NCBI GenBank assembly: GCA_051313645.2
Contig: JBNRSN020000018.1
Span: forward strand, 35,154,001-35,218,000
Source of the DNA: Centroscyllium fabricii
Taxonomy: Eukaryota
Length of the DNA: 64,000 nucleotides
Direction of reading: 5' to 3'
In this document: positions 61,140 through 64,000 of the stretch, one piece after another
Layout of the letters: each line of letters begins with the position of its first letter
Numbering within the stretch: the stretch's first letter is position 1
The notes under the pieces: generated by a model
The model's input: only the letters and a program-made list of their open reading frames with translations
Database searches by the model: none
What the model was told of the DNA's origin: nothing
Position numbers and translations under genes: made by a program

Positions 61140-62909
61140 CATTCACGGGATGTGGACATCACCGGCAAGGCCAGCATTTACTGCCCACCCCTAATTGCCC
61201 GAGAAGGTAGTGGTGGTGAGCCACCTTCTTGAACTGCTGCAGTCAGTGCGGGGAAGCTGCTGCCGCTGTTAGGGAGAGAGTTCCAGGATTTTGACCCAGC
61301 GCTATTGAAAGAACAGCGATATATTCCCAAGTCAGGATGGTGGTGTTCCCATGTGTCTACTGCCCTTGAAGGCAATAGCAGTCACTTCTAAACTAAATCC
61401 TTTAGGAATGTGTGGAGTCCCAAGTCAAACAAAACAGAAGTTTAGGTATATCAAATCTTACCCAGCAATAGACCATCTTTAAAGCAGCCAACCGAAAGAT
61501 TTTGCAAAGGTGTAGATCGATGCAAATTCAAAACAGGATTTGGGCACTAGGAGGACAATTTAGATTTACTGAGCATCTGCTCCAAAAAAGGACCATCTGC
61601 CATAGGACATTTCCCCTTACTGTGACATGCCCTTAATCCATCAAGCTGTCGGATATAAAGTCATTCAAACCTTCGACAGGGCGGCACGGTGGCATAGTGG
61701 TTAGCACTGTTGCCTCACAGCACTGGAGACCCGGGTTCAAATCCAGCCTCGGGTACTATCTGTGTGGAGTTTGCACATTCTCCTCGTGTCTGCGTGGGTT
61801 TCCTCAGGGTGCTCCGGTTTCCTCCCACAGTCCAAAGATGTGCGGGTTAGGTTGGTTGGCCAGGATAAATTGACCCTTAGTGTTAAGGGGATTGAATGTG
61901 TGTGGTTATGGGGATAGGGTGGGATATGTGTTGGTGCAGGTTCGATAGGGATCGAGGGATATGGGGAGAGGGCAGGGACAGGGTGCTGGGTTTGGATGAT
62001 CAGCCATGATCTCATTGAATGGCGGAGCAGGCTCAAAGGGCCGAATGGCCTACTCCTGCTCCCATCTTGTGTGTTTCTGTGTTTCAATAGATCAGTCCTT
62101 CACCTGGCATCACTCTAGATGGACTTGTTAAAGCAGAAGTGGGATAATTAACATGCAACTGTTCTTTCACTGCTTGATGAACCTTGTAGGCAATGAATTC
62201 CATGTTTGTCTTAATTGGATGCAACAAGCATTTTGGATTTAGAATGGAACCTCCACTACCTGCCATAATGGAGATTGCTTCCTGCCATCCCATAACTGGG
62301 AGTGGAAAAGTGTTCCTATTTTGATGTTGCACATGTGATATAGCAATACCCTAAAGCACAGGAAAGAAAAGTGCAATAAAACACCAAGTGGTTTACTACA
62401 AAAAAAGTTATGCAGCACAGATGGCTCAAAAGACACTTTGGCGAGTAAATCCTGGTACTGGTGCGAATTCACGAATAAATTCACGCACTTACTTTTCTGC
62501 AGTATGTTTAAACTCATTTATTGTAATTAGAACTCACGCAAGGGGCCAAATGTCCATTTTACTAGTTGCGAAATTTCTTGCGTTACCAACTTAATCACCA
62601 GACGGGTATGCATTCAAGCACATTAAACCTTCGCTCCCTCCAGAACAAGAACCACTTCACCTCACTCGGGTCAAGACAAAGAGTTTGCGTTGGACCGCAA
62701 CCCTGCACCACGTCTTCAGAAACATGGAGCCAGGACTGCCGATTCATTTAATCTGTTCATATTTAAAGCTTAACAGCCCAAGTGAAACTTACCGTAAGGT
62801 ACTCCCACAACGGTAACAAACATAATTACAGCAATTAGTAGGTACAGCAGGGCAACCCACCATCCAAACAGCAGCACATACAATAGGTTGCCACAGGTAA
62901 CCAGAGATC
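28265..62909 (-). CDS. CAX: Type II cation/H+ exchanger (CAX, VNX1-like, CaCA superfamily), 5'-partial; 16 exons, 1817 nt
   Basis: All 16 exons splice in frame (605 codons including stop). N-terminal YccF-like segments (GNLLYVLLFGWW..., YYFWPFGK), YKYTVVGINVFAVN, alpha-1 repeat GAVVNATFGSITE, alpha-2 repeat VPELPEIVNGI, DGKCDYFQG. I cannot assign the paralog (cax1 vs cax2). Confidence 0.92.
29451..29750 (+). mobile_element. Solo LTR related to the Mag-like Gypsy family
   Basis: TGTGGTAA...CGTCA ends, ACCAG TSD at 29446-29450 and 29751-29755, internal TATA-like TTATAG and TAATAAAAGCCT shared with the LTRs at 15697/19069. Confidence 0.85.
30100..30470 (+). mobile_element. Deu-domain SINE copy
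   Basis: Same core and tail as 10770-11150. Confidence 0.72.
30810..30918 (-). CDS. CAX: CAX exon (PVGFTLLFSDLHLWASIFSVILMNYIFMDGKCDYFQ)
   Basis: gattag acceptor, gtaggt donor; 109 nt. Confidence 0.9.
31227..31622 (-). mobile_element. HE1-like V-SINE
   Basis: Reverse complement of the same family. Confidence 0.9.
31857..31935 (-). CDS. CAX: CAX exon (LEVGSSIAVQVCMLQIPVLVLFSVIY)
   Basis: cctcag acceptor, gtaagt donor; 79 nt. Confidence 0.93.
32366..32460 (-). CDS. CAX: CAX exon with alpha-2 repeat (YFLGVTVLAMVPELPEIVNGIQFALQNNISLS)
   Basis: caacag-type acceptor (taacag), gtatgt donor; 95 nt. Confidence 0.93.
32695..33500 (-). mobile_element. Family A LINE 3' fragment
   Basis: AGQRLGILRRV...YKAQVRSVMEY, FKKAAHHHLLKGN*. 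Confidence 0.88.
33528..33567. repeat. (CA)n microsatellite
   Basis: Direct observation. Confidence 0.9.
34430..34578 (-). CDS. CAX: CAX exon (VPGHSHSIVIHWSRWRAV...SSSAISP)
   Basis: ccccag acceptor, gtaagt donor; 149 nt. Confidence 0.92.
35085..35197 (-). CDS. CAX: CAX exon (PLIYTVCILLPASYVIGLVFALKTHTHIYDIHISDCH)
   Basis: cttcag acceptor, gtaagt donor; 113 nt; LKTH motif. Confidence 0.93.
35242..35310. repeat. 23-bp perfect tandem repeat x3
   Basis: accctgcgtgcgatgcttcagtg. Confidence 0.9.
35600..35634 (-). CDS. CAX: CAX small exon (LQNNTLFHNHVQ)
   Basis: tcacag acceptor, gtaagt donor; 35 nt; supplies the phase 0 to 2 link required between the flanking exons. Confidence 0.85.
36170..36662 (+). 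mobile_element. Deu-domain SINE copy containing a short family A LINE tail (~36305-36357)
   Basis: Same head, core and tail; insert aataaatcatggccttgccagcaatgcccacatc. Confidence 0.72.
37190..37510. repeat. Two adjacent minisatellites (36 bp x ~5; ~43 bp x 3)
   Basis: caagccc.catgcccacaaggcaggggtcaaagt; cccggctccgtaacacccagtgcctgggatcag. Confidence 0.85.
38269..38387 (-). CDS. CAX: CAX exon (GVFAPTLFSKAYG...CSDCHFSV)
   Basis: ctgtag acceptor, gtatgg donor; 119 nt; Cys-containing loop. Confidence 0.9.
38722..39105 (+). mobile_element. HE1-like V-SINE
   Basis: Near-identical to 61679-62085; possible AAGTC TSD. Confidence 0.9.
39790..39889 (-). CDS. CAX: CAX exon (GISMVIGGCKHQEQRFNSRSAGISSALLFISVG)
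   Basis: caccag acceptor, gtaggt donor; 100 nt. Confidence 0.93.
40079..40699 (+). mobile_element. CR1/HER1 LINE 3' fragment
   Basis: RPHLEYCVQFWSP, FTQRVVNLWNSLP, ttctatgattctat tail. Confidence 0.88.
40708..42454 (-). mobile_element. 5'-truncated Vingi/Ingi-like non-LTR retrotransposon with uninterrupted RT ORF
   Basis: Open frame 42448-40736 (~570 codons: KAAGIDNIHPE, YRPIALL, QGSVLAP, YADD, C-terminal CDCG..QT..H....C finger, no RNase H seen), 28-nt 3' UTR ending in GAA-like tail, 12-bp TSD CTATAACCCAAC at 40696-40707 and 42455-42466. Clade name is from motif recall. Confidence 0.85.
42545..42830 (+). mobile_element. Deu-domain SINE copy, 3' truncated
   Basis: tggctcagtgagtagcactctcacctc head and core. 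Confidence 0.7.
43367..43550 (-). CDS. CAX: CAX exon with alpha-1 repeat (ISAQSNFAVGAVVNATFGSITE...GCVLFIP)
   Basis: cttcag acceptor, gtgagt donor; 184 nt. Confidence 0.94.
44845..45305 (+). mobile_element. Degenerate CR1 3' fragment
   Basis: aaaagatttacaagaatg, gagaaatttctttaccca, gaatgtggaact, gggcc.gtttctgtgc tail. Confidence 0.6.
46719..48245 (+). mobile_element. Possible long solo LTR
   Basis: TATA-like gtataag ~47759, AATAAA 48121, ends gtggtcaca, CpG-richer than flanks; 5' end and TSD not established. Confidence 0.3.
49198..49339 (-). CDS. CAX: CAX exon (NLLPLVIVALVLGY...YYIGMAIAS)
   Basis: TTCTTTAAC branch point plus cag acceptor, gtaagt donor; 142 nt. Confidence 0.92.
49840..51575 (+). 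mobile_element. L2-clade LINE fragment, degenerate
   Basis: TTCSLDPIPT, QSGFRPCRSTETALVKVTNDI, LDLSATFDTVDH, YADDTQLY, LHWLPV; ggtgctatataaatacaagttgttg tail. Confidence 0.88.
51265..51324. repeat. 60-nt poly(A) run inside the L2 fragment
   Basis: Direct observation. Confidence 0.9.
52030..52742 (-). mobile_element. Older V-SINE with an internal C/G-rich expansion
   Basis: tRNA head 52680-52742, V-domain 52590-52670, tail 52030-52125, low-complexity 52126-52545. Confidence 0.7.
52869..52971 (-). CDS. CAX: CAX exon (TEVPLDGEVVLCCYHAMNFYYYKYTVVGINVFAV), U12 donor
   Basis: ccccag acceptor; GTATCCTTT donor at 52868; 103 nt. Confidence 0.9.
54043..54228 (-). CDS. CAX: CAX exon (HRPSTYVWLLLGYP...QIRQPKL)
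   Basis: ttgcag acceptor, gtaagg donor; 186 nt. Confidence 0.9.
55239..55388 (-). CDS. CAX: CAX exon, variable acidic loop (PFTYPRKSSIRF...EGVKYW)
   Basis: Pyrimidine tract plus tcaaag acceptor, gtgggt donor; 150 nt, phase 0/0; poorly conserved region so less certain. Confidence 0.7.
55843..55922. repeat. ~39-bp tandem duplication
   Basis: taagtcaccttccatgaacaaaccctggaggtgagaat twice. Confidence 0.85.
56730..57540 (+). mobile_element. CR1 LINE 3' fragment, degenerate
   Basis: QRDLEV.VH, PQLEYCVQFWAP, RRLRGDLI. Confidence 0.82.
57765..58432 (+). mobile_element. CR1 LINE 3' fragment, young (190 codons uninterrupted)
   Basis: ORF 57766-58338 matches CR1 ORF2 C-terminus; (ttctatga)3 tail. Confidence 0.9.
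59440..59725. mobile_element. Palindromic Penelope-like end repeat with a hammerhead motif on each strand
   Basis: Inverted arms about 59440-59532 and 59542-59615; + motif 59544-59578, - motif 59495-59531; 31-bp unit tandemly triplicated at 59585-59677. Confidence 0.7.
59912..59973 (-). CDS. CAX: CAX exon (GKLCCSLAGYYFWPFGKVIQK)
   Basis: ttccag acceptor, gtaagt donor; 62 nt. Confidence 0.9.
61097..61370 (-). mobile_element. Family A LINE 3' end with poly(A) tail
   Basis: WEHHHPDL..SWNSLPN fragment, 3' UTR and ~40-nt T run on the + strand. Confidence 0.75.
61679..62085 (+). mobile_element. HE1-like V-SINE, full length
   Basis: tRNA-like head with A/B boxes (TGGCATAGTGG, GGTTCAAATCC), V-domain (tgtgtggagtttgcacattctc...cctcccacagtccaaagatgtg), CR1/HER1-derived tail. 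Confidence 0.9.
62793..62909 (-). CDS. CAX: CAX exon (SLVTCGNLLYVLLFGWWVALLY...VGVPYG)
   Basis: tttcag acceptor, gtaagt donor; 117 nt. Confidence 0.9.
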
Positions 62910-64000
62910 CTGAAAGACGGAAGGAAATTCTGATGAGTGCATTACAGCATCACATAGGATTTTATAGTATTTAAAGGCTATTATAGTATTTAAAGGCTAT
63001 TAAGAGCATTCCACCGACAGTGAGATGCAGGGCATTGTGAACACACTGACAGCTCAAGTGCACACATTCCAGCCTTAAGCCAACAACGTCGGTGCAATTC
63101 GCTGAACTGAACAGAATTTGTTTAGATGTGTCCAGTGGTACATATCAAATCAGTACAATCAAAAGGCTGGTGAGGCACGAGGTCAGAGCAGGTGACAAAA
63201 AGCTGAACTGGTCACGATAGCATAGTGAAGGACAGCACCAGGGCATGCCGGCCAGAAGGCAGCAAGTTTCGATTCCCGGTTTGCAGTTACCCAAGCTCAG
63301 CTAGTGGAACAGCCAGGAGTCTAAAATTAAAATGGTGGTGGAAGTGCACAGCACCTGTGCAGAGTAAAAGGAAGGCTCGGTCACTTCAAGTGCACTGTCT
63401 GCTCTGGTTTGCTTCTCAGGAGGAGTCACTGGAGAAAAGTAAACAAGTAAATGAATGGAGTAAAGCACTTCCGATTCACCCACTCTAGGTCACTGTACAT
63501 GTAAATATAGTCTTGGTAACCTCAGTAGGTCCCATTTGCATTCGATGCCTCATTTCATCTGATGACCACCACTTCTTTGCATAGTACGAACAGTTCCAAT
63601 TATTTGTTTTTAAAACTGGTCCCACCATGAATTCCCAAGCAGTGGCATAGGTGGGGGAAAATAGTTTTTTTTTTTTTTTTTAATTCCGTATCCTTCTTTC
63701 AAGAGAACATGCCTTAGATCACTTGATAGAACATGAAAAACATTTTATTTCAGAGCTCTGTTCTGCAATTCCACCAGTGAAATCAGATTAGTTGGGCTTC
63801 AAAACATTCACCAGGATATTGCAGTGAATAGTAGCAAAGTTGACAGACTAGCAACACTTAATCAATCAGTGCTTCGACTTCAAAGAACATAAAAAACAGG
63901 AGCAGGCAGCCATACAGTACTTCGAGCCTGCTCCACCATTCAATAAGATCATGGCTGATCCTCTACCTCAACTCCACTTTCCCACCCTACCCCCCATATC

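Noticed and set aside
61679-61750. tRNA gene (also heads at 10770, 38722, 42545 and others)
   Set aside because: A/B boxes run straight into SINE bodies; these are tRNA-derived SINE heads, not complete cloverleaves.

Overview
Vertebrate genomic DNA, almost certainly an elasmobranch (shark or ray), judged from HE1-type V-SINEs, HER1/CR1 LINE tails and Deu-domain SINEs. Two spliced genes lie tail-to-tail. On the + strand are the last 7 coding exons of KLHDC10 (188-12612), including one GC-AG intron. On the - strand are the last 16 coding exons of a type II (VNX1-like) cation/H+ exchanger CAX (62909-28265), including one U12-type intron. All exons of both genes join in frame; both 5' ends lie outside the window. 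The rest is retroelement-rich: a deleted Mag-like Gypsy LTR element with 5-bp TSD, a related solo LTR, a young uninterrupted Vingi/Ingi-like LINE fragment with 12-bp TSD, CR1, L2 and other APE-LINE copies, SINEs, Tc1/mariner-type MITEs, Penelope-like ends with minimal hammerhead ribozyme motifs, and several minisatellites. The strongest leads are: (1) an LTR-terminal hairpin with a compensatory base-pair change in a Gypsy family that has no tRNA PBS (candidate self-priming, plus a fold-back over the 5' LTR poly(A) signal); (2) minimal, probably dimer-dependent hammerhead motifs inside introns of both genes; (3) a U12 donor overlapped by a perfect but frame-breaking U2 donor in CAX. All calls were made by eye without database searches, so repeat family names and most repeat boundaries are approximate.
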